DNA of 64,000 nt from Paecilomyces variotii (lineage: Eukaryota), in the NCBI GenBank assembly GCA_004022145.1, contig RCNU01000011.1, one strand, 5' to 3'. Made by a program: the position numbers and the translations under genes. This document shows, piece by piece, positions 27,109 through 41,134 of this stretch. Within the stretch, counting starts at the first letter, position 1. The number at the start of each line of letters is the position of its first letter. The notes under the pieces were generated by a model, which searched no databases, was not told the DNA's origin, and saw only the letters and a program-made list of their open reading frames with translations.

Positions 27109-27929
27109 TCGGATTGAATCTTTTTTGTTTTTTTTTTTGGACTTGTTGTTTTCGCGAGTGATTGAGTATGTGGTGCGTCGGAGTTCTGGGGAATTTTGTG
27201 CTGGGAGGTTCTGTCGTAACTGTAAAACCGATAGGATTGGGAATTATTTGCGGAGTAGGCTACTGGTCGAGTAACTTCGGTGATAACTATCCCAAGTAAA
27301 GCTTCGGCCGGACACCGGAAGTACGGTGGGGCGATGTCACTTGCCGAATGGAGGTATATGGTGTCATGTGACCTTTATTGTGTTGGTAAATGGTTACAGG
27401 TAGTATTGTAGAATTAGACTGGAGGTTTGTATTAACCTCGAGAAGTGTTTCAGCAGAAGCGTTTAATATGTGCAGTACAGAAAGGAGTGGCTTCTTTTTT
27501 GGTTTTCAGTATGCTGGTTCTACTGTAAAGTGATCTATGTCAGATCCGGGCGGAGCAAATTGGAGGACTCCCCTTTTTGGTCGAGTGGCCTGGCGCTAAT
27601 CATCCATTAACTAGTTAGGTATATATGGATAGAAAGTTTTGTGATATTTCAGGTTACATATTTCTCTATTGACGTATGCTAATTCGCGTTAATGAAGAAA
27701 GATATAAGCACCGTAGGTATGTAAGTAAGATAATGGAGCTATTAGCGATTTCTCCTATCCAATTTTGCCCCTCAGCCTGCGATCGTTAGAGAGACTACAG
27801 AACGTTGGGATGTGGCCAGTGAACAATCGATATACCAGATTTAACTATGAACTATTAGACTTGCGGATACTGCGATAGAAAAAAGAATTCATTATTTCAG
27901 TTGTATGCTTACTACTTGCAAATGGGGCA

Positions 27930-28601
27930 GAGAGAAGTCAGTTGAAGGATATATCGACTTGGAACCGTTCCTGGAGATACAAAAGAAGGATCCCGAGCGA
28001 ATTGACGACATAACAGTCGTGATTTATCTCCTTACGGATGTTCTCGCGGAGAGTGACAGCACCGCTATCACTATAACTGCTGTTCTGTACTATGTATATT
28101 CTGAAGAACCTGGAGGTCCACAGTAAGCTGTCTATCTCATCACTGTTCCTGAGGAAGATTTTGCTCTCTCATACGGTCGATTCTTTACAGAAGGTACCGT
28201 TATTGGTAGAAACCTATGCGTGGTAAACTGCAGTGAGGGCGTCTTTGGCAATGAACCGAATCTGTTTATCCCTGAGCGATGATTACTGGGCCTGAGAGAG
28301 CCTGATGAGAAGTTCAGAAAGTGGTTGGGCCGCATGAATGACTGTAACCTGACTTTTGGGTCTGGGAAGCGCGTGTGTACTGGTCGATACTTAGTAGGCT
28401 GGAAGCCTATGAGCTGATTGCAACTATGTTCCTGATGCTCAATGTTGGATTGCTTTCCTTCTCCCTACTTATACAGAATAATAAGATACGGCAGCTTTCG
28501 ACTAAGCTATAAATCCTAAGAACAACTCGAAGGTCATCAGTAGTTGGTTCATGCGGTTGGAGAATGTACCCATGTCACTGCGTAGGAGATCTGCATTGTA
28601 A
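27930..28601 (+). pseudogene. Cytochrome P450 remnant
   Basis: Decayed I-helix (VLAESDSTAITITAVLYY), frameshift at about 28095, K-helix missing, PER followed by TGA (28280), heme motif FGSGKRVCTG at 28355, C-terminal SSWFMRLENVPMSLRRRSAL*. Confidence 0.85.
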
Positions 28602-29961
28602 TTTCAGCAACGGAGGCTCTGTGTTCTAGTGTTAGTTCTTTGCAAACTCTTAGCGATTCTTCACTTCTCTTTTAATGATTACATGAATTCTCCTCTTTCC
28701 AATAGCATTGATATCATCTGTGGGTTAACATTGAATATTATAAGCAATTTGGAAAATATACATATATTCAGGAAAAAAAAGTACTTTTAATCAATGGCCA
28801 AGTTGCAAACAGACAAGGAACTTGCACATGTGTATATATGATTTTGCTATCGGTAGCTAGTAGTTTTGTTATGATAGCAGTCACTACTATTAGTTCTACA
28901 TTATAATTAATATAGGTAATTCGTGATATTTTTTTGTTAGCATGTTGCTGGTCTTTCCATAGTTGATGGGGACAATATGACTGACAGGATGATCTGAAAT
29001 GAGTAGCATCCAGGTGCTCAGGAGGCAGCCTTCATGCAATGTGATTTTTCCCCACTAAAAGAGCAACATTCAGTTCAGATAATGTGATTCATCAAGGAAA
29101 AGGAGAGACTCGAGTGTCCCGATCTCACCAAAGCTAGGTAGTTTGAAACTTTCCCATGGAAGGAGCGAATCACTACTATATTTCCCTTTAAAGACCCTGC
29201 ACTTAAAAATGCTTCAGCTGAGGCATCTATGACCAGGACAGTATCTTCTGATACAGACGGCCTGACTTCCAGCGGGACGCTAATTTCATGAATCTGAAGC
29301 CTGCAGTTGTTGGAGTTACGCGGACGTGGGATGAGACCTCTTCTCGACCTGCCCCATCTCGTTATCCCATGGAAAACAAAAAAAGGTTCTGCATGAGGAA
29401 ACTGAATGAAGTGAATAAGCTGAGATTCTATCAATAGTTAGGGCCTCGTCAGGTTAGAGGAGAAACAGACCCGAATCATTATGGACACGCTCTGGAGACG
29501 AACAAGAAATTGAGACTAACACTGCTTGCACATGCCGCAGAAACACGAAAAGGACATCTGCTGGCCGATTTCGCCTTACAAGAATGATAATGAGACATCA
29601 GCACCTCCATCGACTTAATGTTTTTGGTGTTCTATCGATGCATTTGAGTGGATAGAGCGAGCAAATCTTCTCACGCCTGTGATGCGTGTCTCCCTTGTGC
29701 TAGGTATTGTGTTTTTGCAGAGACCTACCCAGGGAGTCCCTGACGGGAACTCGGCCCTGGAGAAACCATTCCTAGAACAGACCTTGGAAACACATTGCTG
29801 TTGATTTCATGGTTCCCTCAGCGGTGTACCGTGTTCCTTCGCTTCCCCGCTCCTCAGCGTCGAAGTTAATGTGAACTTTCACACAAGCCACCTATTTTAC
29901 TCTGCAGGTCAAATCATAGAGCTCTAAAACATATACTGAAGTCCCCCCTTGTCTGTTCACG

Positions 29962-31053
29962 ATGACTCAGTCCTCTGGCCCTCAGCTCTCTGATAGGTAA
30001 CCATACCTCTGAACCTTTCATAATGAAAAACGACTGATAAATGGCAGGGCTTTCTCTGAATGCCCCATCCAAGTCATGGTTGGCAGTGAAAAGAAAATCT
30101 ACTATATTCATCCTTCAATCTTGACTTCATGCAACTCATCGGTGCTAAATGCGCGAATGACCGGGGGATGGAGGAATAATGATGCAGATAAACCTCTCGA
30201 CTGGACCAATTTTGACGAGGTCACGGTCGAATGTGTTATAAGTTATCTCTACGTTAAGGACTATTACGTACCTGAGCAGACCTTTGAATTTGGGGCATCA
30301 TCTGGAGGTGATACTCAAGGCCAGCCAGAGGAGAAGGTCAAGGGTTAGTTGAATATGCCGCGAATATGAACCCCGCGACTAACTTAGACTCCAGACATTA
30401 AGCCAGTAATTTTTCCTGCGAAAAAGGTCGTAGTCGAGAAAAAGACTCAACCTGATAACGAATTGAAGCGGCCCCTTACTCCCTTGGACAGGTGTCTTGA
30501 AGCTGGATTGCCTGTCAAGACCCGTCCAACTGCTGCTGGAGTCTTTGATCAACTATCCAAACTGCAGAAGGGAAACTCTGGCACGGAAATCCTTACACAT
30601 GCCAAGGTGTACCAGTTTGCGCATTACTTCCTGTTCCCTGAACTAGAAGTGCTCGCTTTACAACGCCTCACACAGGTCCTGCTTGAACTGGATGATTTGA
30701 AAATGCAACATCTATTCCCACAGCTTGCGGATGCCATCCGTGCCGTGTACGGTGGGACTCCGGATACTGCACAAGATCAAGATCCAGCCAGGAAATTGCT
30801 TTCTCAGTTTGTTGCGCTGAAGTACAACTTGCTTTCGGGTGAAGGTCTCGACGCGGTTCTGGCAGAGGAGAGCCAGTTCTCGGTTGACGTAACGCGGAAA
30901 CTCGCTCGACGAATTGCACGTATTGATGAGCTCGAGAAGCGTATTCTTGAGAATGCCAATCAACTTGAAAAAGCGCAAGAGGAGATAACTTTCTGGAGGC
31001 GCAGCACACCTAAGCGTGGCGTGAAATTGACCCCGGATCTCTTGCGATACTAA
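29962..31053 (+). CDS. BTB/POZ domain protein with C-terminal coiled coil
   Basis: Exons about 29962-29996, 30048-30343 and 30395-31053. IQVMVGSEKKIYYIHPSIL, FDEVTVECVISYLYVKDY and HAKVYQFAHYFLFPEL match fungal BTB proteins. Confidence 0.8.
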
Positions 31054-31664
31054 GTCTCTTCCGATACCGGAGGGCTCAATCTGATACGCCGATCTCCAGG
31101 ATCTCCAGAGGCCCGCGATCTGACAGTTTTCATTCGAGTTCACGATCATGTTAATGGGGAGTGGAAGGACCCTCGCTAGTAGCTTGATAGGAGGGATATC
31201 GCTAACGTTGTTATTTACACTTGGCAACTGCAGGTGCTGGTTGGGCTATAGATACCTAGGTCAGATGAGGATGGATATTGGAATAAGGTATCAACGGCTT
31301 CCACCACAGCGGGGGTCGAAAGCTTAGTAGATGCTAGATGGCGCCTTAAAGCAAAGCTGAACTCAATAATATCTATTCTAAGACTCGTGCTGAGTGTGAT
31401 AAGATGCTGATTGATAACTTTGTTCCTACCCCGAAGCCGGCGGTTGATCGGCGTTGCGCGCCAAGACCTGAACATCTCGGCCGATGCTCCGCCGCTGCGT
31501 CACTGATGGGAAACATTTGAGCACATGAAGATACAAACAGAGTCCTGTTGTCTCTTGCTGCGAATGAAATTTGCAGCTAACCCTAGCCTTCAGTTTATCA
31601 TTACAATGTCATCAAGGAACTACTAGTCAATTCCTTTATTGATATTGGCCATTGAGCAGCTTCC

Positions 31665-33802
31665 ATGATGTTCCGCAGCTTCCTTTCCGCTGTTGCGCGC
31701 AGCTCCGCGCGAACACTACGGTCTTCTTCCTGCCACAACACCAGATTCCTTCGTCCAGGACAGCCAGCAATCGGATCTCGAAGTCTCTCTTCCCTGCCAA
31801 ATCTCCCTCTTTTCCGCGCCCTTCGCGATCATGACCCGTCGCACACCGCCGTCGTACACAGCGTCTCTGGCCGCTCATTCACATACAACAACCTCGTGGG
31901 AGATGTACTCCAGACCAAGGAACATTTGACTGCGAAGGGGAACGGGATTGCAGGCGAGCGTGTCGCATTCCTCGCGGAGAATGGATATGACTACGTGGGT
32001 ACTGGCTCTCCCGCCCGTTGTTCTGTTTTGGTATTCATGGGTTGCAAATATTGTGGATGCTATATAGATGTAGAAGGCACGGTCTTTTGCTAATTGGGTC
32101 GCTCTCTAGTGACGTTGCTATCTATCCTTGCGAGCAATGCGATTGCGCTGCCGCTGTCGCCTGCGTTCCCAGCCAGTGAGCTGAAGTATATTATGGATAA
32201 CTCCCAGGCGAAGATGCTAGTTGCTACGGAGAAATACAAGAATAAAGCGGAGGATGTTTTGAAGACAGGTCTAGAGAGGGAGCCAATTTTCGACTTAAGG
32301 CAAAAGACCATGACCGACGCCAGCTCTACAGAATCCGTGGAGTTCCAGAATCTGCACGACGCTGAGTTGAAGGGCGGAATGATGTTGTATACTTCTGGGA
32401 CGACTAATCGGCCGGTAAGCCATGTTTGGGCTTCATGTGCTATGACTCGTGGTCCATTATCTAACTATTATCGAAGAAAGGCGTTCTCATCCCGCAATCT
32501 GCGTTGACAGCCCAGGCCAACTCCCTCATCGAAGCGTGGAAGTACACCCCCGACGACTACCTCCTCCACCTGCTTCCGCTTCATCACATTCATGGTACTG
32601 TCAATGCGATTTTGACACCTCTTTTAGCGGGCTCATCGGTTGAGTTCATGTTCCCTTTCAACCCCACGGCTGTTTGGAATAGGCTTGCTGCTCCATTCCT
32701 GCCCGAGACGGCAGATAAGAACAAGATCAGTTTCCTAACCGCCGTCCCGACTATCTACAACAGACTCATGTCTAGTTTTCCTTCTCTTCCTCCAGCTACA
32801 CAAGAGGCAGCCCGAAAGGCCATCTCTCCGGAGAATCTCCGTCTAAATATTTCCGGTTCAGCTGCCCTTCCCAGCCCGACTAAGAGAGCCTGGAAGGAAC
32901 TCAGCAATGGCAATATCCTACTGGAGCGGTATGGGATGACTGAAGTTGGCATGGCCATCAGTTGCGGGCTCGACTTTGCGGACCGTGTGGATGGTAGTGT
33001 TGGCTGGCCTCTCCCATCTGTGGAAGCCCGTCTGTACGATGCCGATAAGAATGAAGTCATCAAGCCAGGGGAGGAGCTCGACGCTGAAGGCCGGGAACGC
33101 GAAGGCGAGATCCAACTACGAGGACCTACCATTTTCCGGGAGTACTGGGGCAATGAGAAGGCTACACTCGAGACCTTCATGGACAGTGATGATGGTAAAG
33201 GCAAATGGTTCAAGACAGGAGACGTTGCCGTCCGACGACACGTCGAAGGAGCCGGCAAGGGTACCAGCGGAGAATGGGCACGGGGTCCGATGTACTTTAT
33301 CCAAGGCCGTCGCAGCGTGGATATCATCAAGAGCGGTGGTGAGAAGATCAGCGCGTTGGAAGTGGAAAGAGAACTATTATCACTGTGCGTTTGCTCTCTT
33401 CACAGTTCCCCTCTGGTCCGGCTCGTTTTGAAAACTTAACTGACCTTGTAGTCCTCAAATCGCCGAAACGGCTGTTGTCGGTCTGCCATCTGAACAATGG
33501 GGCCAGAAGGTCGTCGCCATCGTCGTGCTCACGCCGGAGGGACAGACGAGCGGCAAGGGAGGCAAACCTTTTAGTGCCCTGGATATGCGGCGCGCATTGA
33601 AGGACCGCCTTGCACCGTATAAGATTCCTCATGAAATGAAGGTCATTGAGGGACAGATCCCGCGGAACGCAATGGGCAAGGGTGAGTTTATCTCTGAGCA
33701 ACTGTACAAGATCTTCATTTTGCTAACCACGCATCTCGATACTCGGATACAGTGAACAAGAAGTCTTTAGTCAAGGAAGTGTTTGGAGACCAGGCAGCGT
33801 AA
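31665..33802 (+). CDS. Acyl-CoA synthetase, ACSF3/malonate-CoA ligase-like (AMP-binding), with mitochondrial presequence
   Basis: YTSGTTNRP|KG, LPLHHIHG, ERYGMTE, WFKTGD, DIIKSGGEKISALEVE and IPRNAMGKVNK motifs; Arg/Ser-rich N-terminus. Confidence 0.9.
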
Positions 33803-34711
33803 ACGCCTGAAGTTCTTCTGTATATGATGTGATGTACATGAGGATAGTTACCATAGATAGTAGTGTATACCAATTTCGAAAGATCACCTACACACCTTGC
33901 TGCCATCTTCGAACCCTGAGTGGAACCATGGAACCCTCGCTTTATCAACAACATAACCAGTGGATCAGGCCAAGAGTTCCGCAATATCGTTTACCGTAGT
34001 TTCGCGAGAATCCAGAGTCCTGATAACAGCGGAAGTACCATAAAACAATGACCAGTAGTAAATTATTGAGGCGCCTGCCAAGATTCCTGTCATTGATAGT
34101 TAGTTAGTTAGCCTGCGGCACAATAATAATTGTTCATTATTATCAATAATTCCGCCCAACACTCCGTAAAGATTTTATCCGGTAAAATTAGGATACCAAG
34201 AAACACAGACCGATCCAGATCTAGATGGTCACTAGCATCCATCTCCAGTCTCGAGATAGCATGGTTAAGCGAGATCCCCGATTCCCCATCGCCCCCCCAC
34301 AACTAACTAATATTCAAAGTGCCACGTGAGGTAAGAAGCCGGCGTTTGCTTATGTTCTATCTTGTAGTCCTGTGGTAACTACATAGTCTTTGTTTCTACT
34401 CCAGATTATTATTAATCAGCGTGATCAGTCTTGGCATTCGATATGTATCTGTATTCAGCGATAGAGGATTCGTTCCACTGTAGTTAATTTTTTTCCTTGC
34501 ACACAGACAGCAGGGTTGCAGTGGCTGTGGCGCCACAGTTATTCATTGTAGCAGCAGCGGGAGAAGTTTGATAGATAGGGGGCCGGAGCGCAGATGAGAC
34601 CTGGCCATTGAGATGGAGGTGTATTGAAGATACGAGAAGAAAGAGGGAGGGAGAAAAGGCGATAAAGGAAAGGCGACTCCTTGTGCATGTTGGAGTTGCA
34701 TTTGTTATCTC

Positions 34712-34868
34712 TGAGAGAGAAAAAGAGAGAGAGGGAGAGAGAGAGGGAACGGTGGGATTTGATTGGCTGCGGAAGGAGGAATGCCAAGACTTGATACGGA
34801 CCAATCGGAGATGAGCGGTGATTGGGTGTTTTTTGTGCGAATTAAATTAATTGATTAATTAATTAATC
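34712..34868. repeat. GA-rich microsatellite and (A/T)TAAT low-complexity tract
   Basis: gagagagaaaaagagagagagggagagagagaggg at about 34713-34747; aattaaattaattgattaattaattaat at about 34840-34868. Confidence 0.6.
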
Positions 34869-36664
34869 TCCCTGTTCGAAGAGAAGAAAAAGAACAACAG
34901 ACGTTGATTTCTTTCTACGACTTCGAAGTCTCACTTATGATATGGGCTGTGTATGTACTGTACTTACAGCTAGCTGATCGACATGTTACACCACACTGGA
35001 TGTTGGTAATAATATCTAGTCCACTCAAGTGTGTCTTACTCCAACGCGTGCTGGGATACCAGAAGGGGTCGTTCCTGGTCTTTGCTGCGCCTGCTAAGCA
35101 CCGTCAAGCTTCACCAAGCCTGTCTATGGCACGGTCCATGCTGGTGCCGTCTTGGAAAGGGACTAACGGGTGGAGAAGCACGGAGTACTCGACGGTTACT
35201 GTACGGTATGAGATTATTGAGCGAGAGAAGATGCCAAGAAGCGTGGCTTCAAGCCAGCTTGCCAAGAAACAGAGGAACTCGGAGCTATACTCGTTATACA
35301 ACTAGTCCCGGAGCGGGCTTCTTGTCAAGACTGGCTTGGTTGGCGAGCAAAGTCCGCAAAGCTGCAATGATAAGACATCCAACAGGGACAGCGAATCAGG
35401 GCAATAATATCATCCTGATTGCAGCGAGTTCCATAGATAACTGCCATACATGCCAGCATAGCTGAACCGGTTCTGTGGGTGTCACCGGATGCGTGGAGGA
35501 CGATCGACAGTGCGTTCGTTTGATCGTGCAACGTTACAGCGACTAGCGGGTTAGACACACCAGGTCTGAGCTTTTGCCCGCGAGATCGCAGACAGCAAGC
35601 CAGAGAGCGGCTGGTACCGACCAATACATGCTACAGCTGTGATCAAAATCATCAAATTGCCTTTCGTAAAAGGAGGCCCCTGCAGCATGATAACGCGGGG
35701 AAAAAAAGAGCGGAGAGAACCGCTCACGAAAGGAAGAACCGGCGGTTGGCATCGGGTGTTTTTGGTATCTTCCTTTCCTCGCGTAGGAATTACCGTTTCG
35801 AGGATGGAGAACAGGCTATCCGGTGGTTTCAATCTGTTCCCCAGGGCTTGAGCGCGACATGATTCAATCAACAAACTTCAGCCGTGTCATTGAGAATATC
35901 CGATCGAAGATTGGAGATTCGTTTGTTCAGCATGGATCCCCGGAATTGACGTGCAATTGAGACTGCCGATTTCACCAGTCATACAGTGGAGGACAGAGCA
36001 CACAACTATGACAGGATCGGGCTAGCATCAGTTGTATAGCCGGTAGTTGCAAGCGCTCCGCAATCAGCAAAGCTCGAGAGCCTCCGGACCAGGGCCAGAC
36101 AGCAAAGTCCATGGGTCCCGGAAACAAAGATGCGTCCGACTTGCTGTCTCACGCGACACTATGGTACTTAGTTAGTCGCCGCAGATAAGAGGCGACCACG
36201 GATCAACAGGCGACTGAAAGAGGTACCAGGCACGATTTCCATTAGATATTATTTACCATACAATGCGCTGGTTTTCTGCTCCGCCAGGATAGCCCGACCC
36301 GGTAAGATTCCAGAAACACTCGCCTGTCTTGCTGCTGCTTCTCTGGACGTTACATTCTGGGTCTCTCCGCTCGGCGGCGCCGAGTCTGTCGTGCTCAAGC
36401 GCGCTGTATCGTACTTGCGATTCGTGGATGGCCTGCTGTTCCCGATCGATCGGCCCGCCAGTGTCAACCGGCGGGCGCGCCTAGGCCCCTCCCGGTCTGT
36501 GTTCAATCCTCGGGAGTCTTGGTCTGTAGTGGAATTGGACTATAAGTCCCCCTCGGGGAACGCTCTCGCACGATCTCCTTGTCTGCTGTGTGCGTGCGAA
36601 AATCTCCCCCCCAGATCGTTGCGCCGGGAAGAGCTCTGCACAAGGCTGTGTCCCATCCATCACC

Positions 36665-38652
36665 ATGTCGACCGGAGACCACGAGTTCGAGGCCGCGTAG
36701 TAAGTGACCCTGCGACGTGTTGTGTCTTGGATGTGAAATTTCCAAAAAATCGGACGAGTGGGCTGATCTCTCTCATGAACAGGCTGCACCAGCAGTTCGA
36801 CAATGTCGAGGGCGCTCATCCTCCGACTGATTTGCTGGGTGGCCCGCTGCCAACGAACCGGGACGTGATCACCGGCGAGAAGATGGTGCAGGGTGAGGTT
36901 GATGAGAAGGCTCCTTCCATCACGCCTGACGGCGAAGAGCCCACTGAGGATGAGAAGCGCACTCTGCGCCATATCGCAGAGCACTTGCCCCTCTCCGCCT
37001 GGCTGGTGGCCGCCGTCGAGCTCAGTGAGCGATTCACCTACTATGGCATGTCGGGTCTGTTCCAGAACTACATCCAGCGTCCTCTTGATGGCAGCGAGGG
37101 TCGTGGTGCGCTGGGTATGGGCCACCAGGGTGCCACTGGTCTGTCGACGTTCTTCCAGTTCTGGTGTTATGGTAAGTTAGGAGGAAGCAAGGCCGGATAC
37201 ACATCGTGGGCCCTGACTGACAAGCATGATTAGTTACTCCTATTTTCGGTGCTATTGTTGCGGACCAGTACCTGGGAAAGTACAAGGCCATCGTGGTCTT
37301 CTGTATCGTCTATCTCGTCGGTCTTCTGATCTTGGTTTGCACTTCGATCCCCACGGCCCTGGCACATGGGGCCGGTCTGGGAGGCTTCGTTGTATCCATC
37401 ATCGTCATCGGTATCGGAACGGGTGGTATCAAGAGTAACGTCGCTCCTCTGGTAAGTCGATAAGGACCCTACCTGTTTCTGTCCCACTGCTAATTCCTTG
37501 CAGATTGCGGATCAATATACCCGCAAGAAGATGGCTATCAAAACCACTCCCAAGGGTGAGCGTGTCATCATCGACCCTGGTGTCACCGTGCAGCGTATCT
37601 ATATGATTTTCTACGGCTGTATCAACCTCGGTTCTCTGTCACTGCTGGCGACCCCTTACATGGAGCTGTACATCGGCTTCTGGTCCGCATACTTGCTCTG
37701 TCTGTGCATGTTCTTCTGCGGTACGGCTGTTTTGATCGTTGGTCGCAAGTACTACATTGTCCGCCCGCCGCAGGGATCGATCATCACCAACGCCTTCAAG
37801 GCCCTTGGTCTAATGGTTGTCCATCGCAACATGGATGCAGCCAAGCCCAGCTGGCAGGCCGCCAACGGAGGCAGGCGGACCAGCCTCCCTTGGGACGACC
37901 ACTTTGTCGACGAGGTCAAGCGTGCCCTGGTTGCCTGCCGCGTCTTCTGTTTCTATCCCATCTACTGGGTTGTCTACGGCCAGTTCTCTGGAAACTTCGT
38001 CACCCAGGCAGGTCAGATGGAGGGCCACGGCATCCCCAATGACTTGATGCAGAACTTCGATCCCATCTCCATCATCGTCTTCATTCCGGTCCTCGAGACG
38101 CTCGTCTACCCGCTCCTGCGCCGTCTCCACATCCCGTTCAAGCCAATCACCCGTATCTCTCTGGGCTTCATCGTCGCTTCGCTGGCCATGATGTACGCTG
38201 CTATCGTGCAGCACATCATCTACAGCTCCGGTCCCTGCTATGACCAGCCGCTGTGTGATGCGTCAATAGTGGACGGTACCGCTCAGGGTAACCACGTGCA
38301 CATTGCCATTCAGACCCCTGCCTACTTTTTCATCGGTATCTCCGAGATCTTCGCCTCCGTGTCTGGTCTGGAGTACGCATACACCAAGGCCCCACCGACC
38401 ATGAAGTCGTTCGTCCAGTCCATGTATCTGCTGACCAACGCCTTCGGTTCTGCTATCGGTGAGGCCCTGACGCCTGTTGCCTACGACCCGGCTATTCTGT
38501 GGATGTTTGTCGGTCTGGCCTGTGCTTCCTTCACCACCGGTATTATCTTCTTCATCCTCTTCCGTCACCTGAATGACAAGGAGGAGGAGATGAACGCGCT
38601 AGATGCCGAAGAATACCCCCCGCCTGTGGCGCCGACTGAGGAGAAGAACTAG
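36665..38652 (+). CDS. PTR2: POT/PTR-family di/tri-peptide transporter
   Basis: ELSERFTYYG (ExxERFxYYG), FWCY|VTPIFGAIVADQYLG, GTGGIKSNVAPL, FYGCINLGSL and LEYAYTKAP motifs; stop 38652. Start ambiguous (ATG 36665, 36775 or 36882; see finding). Confidence 0.93.
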
Positions 38653-39639
38653 ATGCTCTTTTTTCTTCCTTAATTTCATGTATTATACACGCGTCACTAT
38701 ACCAACGAAATGCCTATGCAAGCATGGTTTCTCTTCTCTAACCTCGTTCCTATCGGTTATTGCGGCCATTGTTCCGTTTGTCTGATATATGGCGAAACAT
38801 CGCATGGTGCGGTCTGGAGGTATGTTTCTGCTGGGAAGACGATGCTAGTTGATTTTGTCTATACTCTTCCTGTTTTGCTGCCAGTCAGCGTGTGACTGTT
38901 GTTGTTGGCAATGATTCTGAATGGTCATGCATCCTTTTGAGGCGTCGGGGTTCTGGATGGGATGAATCGTGGATGATGATACCTTCCATGTTGTTACAGA
39001 AACTATAAAAATTCAAAGATACCACAGCGACTCATTGATATTCATCTTCCTTCTCTTCTAAATGCTACCATCAGTATAAGTAAATAAAACTAAATATGCA
39101 TCTGACATGAAGCTCAAATAAGAAGATCAACTCTCACAATCCAGAACAGCGCGTTTCCAGAAACTGTGACCAAGACTAATCAGCCTCGTCACCCACATTA
39201 TCGGCAGATGGTCAATGGAATGGAAGAGTATACTGACAGTTTCTCCAGGCGGGAAAAAGAACTGATCATCATAGTTTTGTACCAGATGATCCATCCCCAA
39301 GAGCAGATTTCCACATGGAAACATACAAACATCTGCCTCAGCGGAAGATATTTACGCTTCCCAATAATGGCAGTGAGGTCGTTATGTCCGCATCTCGAGC
39401 AGTTGGCCACCACTTGAAGGATGGAGAAGCAGTCTCTTTTCTCTGATTATCGGTGCTCTGTCGCAGCTTATCAAGCTTTCCGGTAATCTAGTACTGAAGA
39501 TTTACTGTAAGGTGCAATATTATTCAACATAACTCTGTTTCTCTTTAGCAGCTGCTACCTGACTAGGAGACATCTAGGACAGTATCTCTAAATAGCTATT
39601 TTGTTTACACACGTTACTAGCTAGGATATATCCACATGA

Positions 39640-41013
39640 TTACAACTTCGAAAGATCTCTTTGTGGAACTGCAGTCCATTCAGAGACATTCGCAAAGTCC
39701 ATCACCTTGTTCGGACCTCCAAATCGACCCAGGGTGTCGGCCCAGTTACGCGAGGCTGCTACCCCTGGGTTCCATTTCAGACATTCGTGCATCTTAGGCG
39801 GTATGTTATCCTGCATGGCATCTATGATGGTGCGGCCAATAGTAGGAAGATACTTGAATCCTGGGTTTATTGTCAGTTTCTCTATACATGTGGTTCAAGA
39901 TCACAAGCTACGCCACCTACCTCGACCAGATGCACCGCATCCTAAGACTAGAGACCGGTATTTAGGGTGTCGGTCAATGATAAATTCCCGATTCGCTGTG
40001 TCTGCACACCAACAGATCCGAGCAAAGCTGAATGACCGGTCCGCCAGCTGAGGCATGGTCTCTCGAAGCAGAGCTCTGATGCGACCTTCTGACTCCTTTG
40101 GTATCTGCGTCTTCTCGAAAGGGACACTTGCCAACTCTCCATCCGGTAAGCGGGTCATGTTCGTGTAACCTGGATGCTCGTCACAGAGTTTGATCTCGCC
40201 ATCTTCGTCCGGCTCAAAAAAGAATCCTTTCTCGATGTTGAATATGACGGGGATGTTCTGATACTGCTTTCGCTCCTCCGGTGACAATGCGATATGTGCG
40301 ATTGTCCACGCTGTAGGACGGAGTTGGCCTTGGAAATCGATAAATTGTCCTGCAGCTGCCCCAGCACATAGGATTGTTCTCTCTGCACGGTGAATTTTGC
40401 CGTCCGCGGTCACAACGCCTTTGACGTCGTTGTACTCGAATATCAGCGTGACGACCTGACCTGCAGAACCACCTGCGAGTATCTTCACACCCAGTCGCTG
40501 AGCCTCCTGTGCCGCTGCAGCAAGAGCATTGCGAGCCTGTGCCCATCCAGCACCTTTACGGGTCAGATAGCCTTTCCAGCCGGGGAATTCCCCGCGCAGA
40601 ACACCAGGCGGAGCTAGCTTGCGGAAATCTTCCGGTCGATCAATAGGGACTATGTTATCCTCTTCTCCGGGCCTTACACGTACACCGAGACGTTGCATAC
40701 CAGCTGGTGTAGTTGCAGACATTAACAGGCCGGTGTCGTGGTAATATGGTTTGAAGAGAGGATCGGTCATCCAGGCTCTCATGGCCTCCATTGTTAGGGC
40801 CGTGTTGACATCCACTCGGTCCTGGTCAACGCTGTATTGCCCAGGAGACACGACTTTGTTCACGTCATTTCCAGCAGATATTGGTGAAGGTACCGGATAT
40901 CGATCGAATAGAGTGACGTTCTTATAGCCCTGTCGTGCGAGATGAAGGGCGGTAGACGTTCCCCAGGTGCCTGCCCCGACGATAATGATGGCTGAAGATT
41001 GAGGTATTGACAT
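39640..41013 (-). CDS. Fructosyl-amino acid oxidase (amadoriase II type), peroxisomal
   Basis: IVGAGTWGTSTALHLAR, SAGNDVNK, RPTAWT, CDEHPG, ARICWCADTANREFIIDRHP and CGASGRG|FKYLP closely follow Aspergillus amadoriase II as I recall it. Intron 39920-39861; ends RDLSKL* (PTS1). Confidence 0.93.
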
Positions 41014-41134
41014 GGTCTTTCGGAAGATTGTTGCTGAGTTTTTCGTCTTGAGTAATGGAAGGAAGGGTCGGTTTTTTTGCCAGAGCTCGATATAAGATGT
41101 GGTTTTCTTATCGAACTATGGCTATATATTTACA

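Noticed and set aside
29075-29434. 119-aa ORF on the - strand
   Set aside because: Non-ATG start and no recognisable motif.
33850-36600. ORFs of 60-144 aa upstream of PTR2
   Set aside because: Overlapping low-complexity or random ORFs; better explained as a long regulatory region.
36391-36775. N-terminal extension of the 280-aa ORF upstream of PTR2
   Set aside because: GTG start, runs through the TATA-like TATAAG (36541) and an intron; not transporter-like.
39100-39480. Coding-like stretch between PTR2 and the oxidase
   Set aside because: Broken frames with no family I can identify.
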